A stretch of DNA of 64,000 nucleotides from contig JALMLS010000321.1 in the NCBI GenBank assembly GCA_038496445.1, positions 124,001-188,000 of the forward strand, given 5' to 3'. The notes under the pieces are model-generated. The model did no database searches and was not told the origin of the DNA. It was given only the letters and a program-made list of their open reading frames with translations. How positions within the stretch are numbered: the stretch's first letter is position 1; each line of letters starts with the position of its first letter. Shown in pieces: positions 63,155-64,000 of the stretch. The translations under genes and the position numbers were made by a program. This DNA comes from Trichosphaerium sp. ATCC 40318. Lineage: Eukaryota; Protista; Tubulinea.

Positions 63155-64000
63155 TTAGATTGACAGCTTAAAATGACACATTAGATCCGCATAAGGCAGT
63201 TGTTTGCCCTGTTGTCGTAGCTTTAAAATGCGGTAGCCGGGGCGTATGCACGTAACCTATGATAACAAAAGCGGTTAATGTATTTTGTACAAAGATTTAA
63301 AATAAATCAAAAAATTTGTCAACGTACTGGTATAGCGGCGTAGCAAGACCGTGCACTTTTTAGTTTGGTTTCTACATCAATACGAATGAGTACAACTGCC
63401 AACTCTGGCGCCAAAAGTGAGCACTGAAAAGATTCATCCCATATAGGATCGAATTGGTTATTCCCTAAATGTCCTGTCAGTCAATTTGCTTGCAAACGTT
63501 TTTGTGCAGTTTGGAACAAAGAAAAAAAAGAACAATAAAAAGGCGAATGCGTACGAACAGCTCTAGTCTTAAAACTAGATTTATCTGCGTCAATTCCTTT
63601 GACCTTGATGTTAACGAAGGGGTTGTACTTTCGTTTTTTCTGAAATGACAGAGTCAACGACGAATTGCACAAAACCACGTGATCTAAAGATGCGTACGGT
63701 AATGAGACCAGGGAGATTTGATCCTTTGAAAGTAGCATCTGGTAAAGCTCTACAATGACATATGTTAGGTATACAGCTGATGAAGGTACATTCGAGTTTG
63801 GCGACCTACCTCGCGCTTATAACTGTTATTGTCAAGAGCAGCGTCCTCTTCCCTGTAATCCTTGGTACTAAAGGGTTGAAGTCGTAGGATGGATCCAGCA
63901 GGTACTTTGGCTACAATCACAAACAACTGTTAGAAAACCAGAGGGGTAGAGAGTGTTTGTGGTACCTTCAACAAATAGCCAGCACTGCCATTATCTCTAA
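63155..64000 (-). CDS. 3' end of a phosphoinositide phospholipase C (end of Y domain plus C2 domain)
   Basis: RDNGSAGYLLK (PLC-Y end); NPFVNIKVKGIDAD, NNQFDPIWDESF, APELAVV, IRPGYRILKL (PLC-type C2). Confidence 0.85.

Noticed and set aside
1-64000. CRISPR arrays, prokaryotic operons, transposase or reverse transcriptase genes, rRNA, alternative genetic code
   Set aside because: None seen; ORF fragmentation is explained by short spliceosomal introns, and spliced genes read through in the standard code

Overview
AT-rich, gene-dense eukaryotic nuclear DNA with many short spliceosomal introns. Gene content (Clu-domain family protein, PAK/STE20-like kinase, MORN and F-box proteins) suggests an amoeboid protist, possibly an amoebozoan; this is inference. 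About 20 spliced genes were reconstructed by eye. Housekeeping genes include TOP3B, NCAPD2, DPH6, an NDUFAF7-like methyltransferase, an APE1/ExoIII nuclease, GST, PI-PLC and tRNA-Tyr. The main oddities are: (1) a signal-peptide-less SPRY-SPRY / bacterial-type alpha-2-macroglobulin thioester protein whose 5' end is tandemly duplicated; (2) an F-box protein starting with a histone H3-tail mimic; (3) a degenerate T4 Rnl1-like RNA-ligase domain that apparently splices into a C-terminal F-box; (4) roughly 10-fold enrichment of CACGTG, plus GTACGT/GCACGT splice donors including several GC-AG introns; (5) an inverted duplication of an intronless tRNA-Tyr. Exon boundaries and counts are manual and approximate; no database searches were run.
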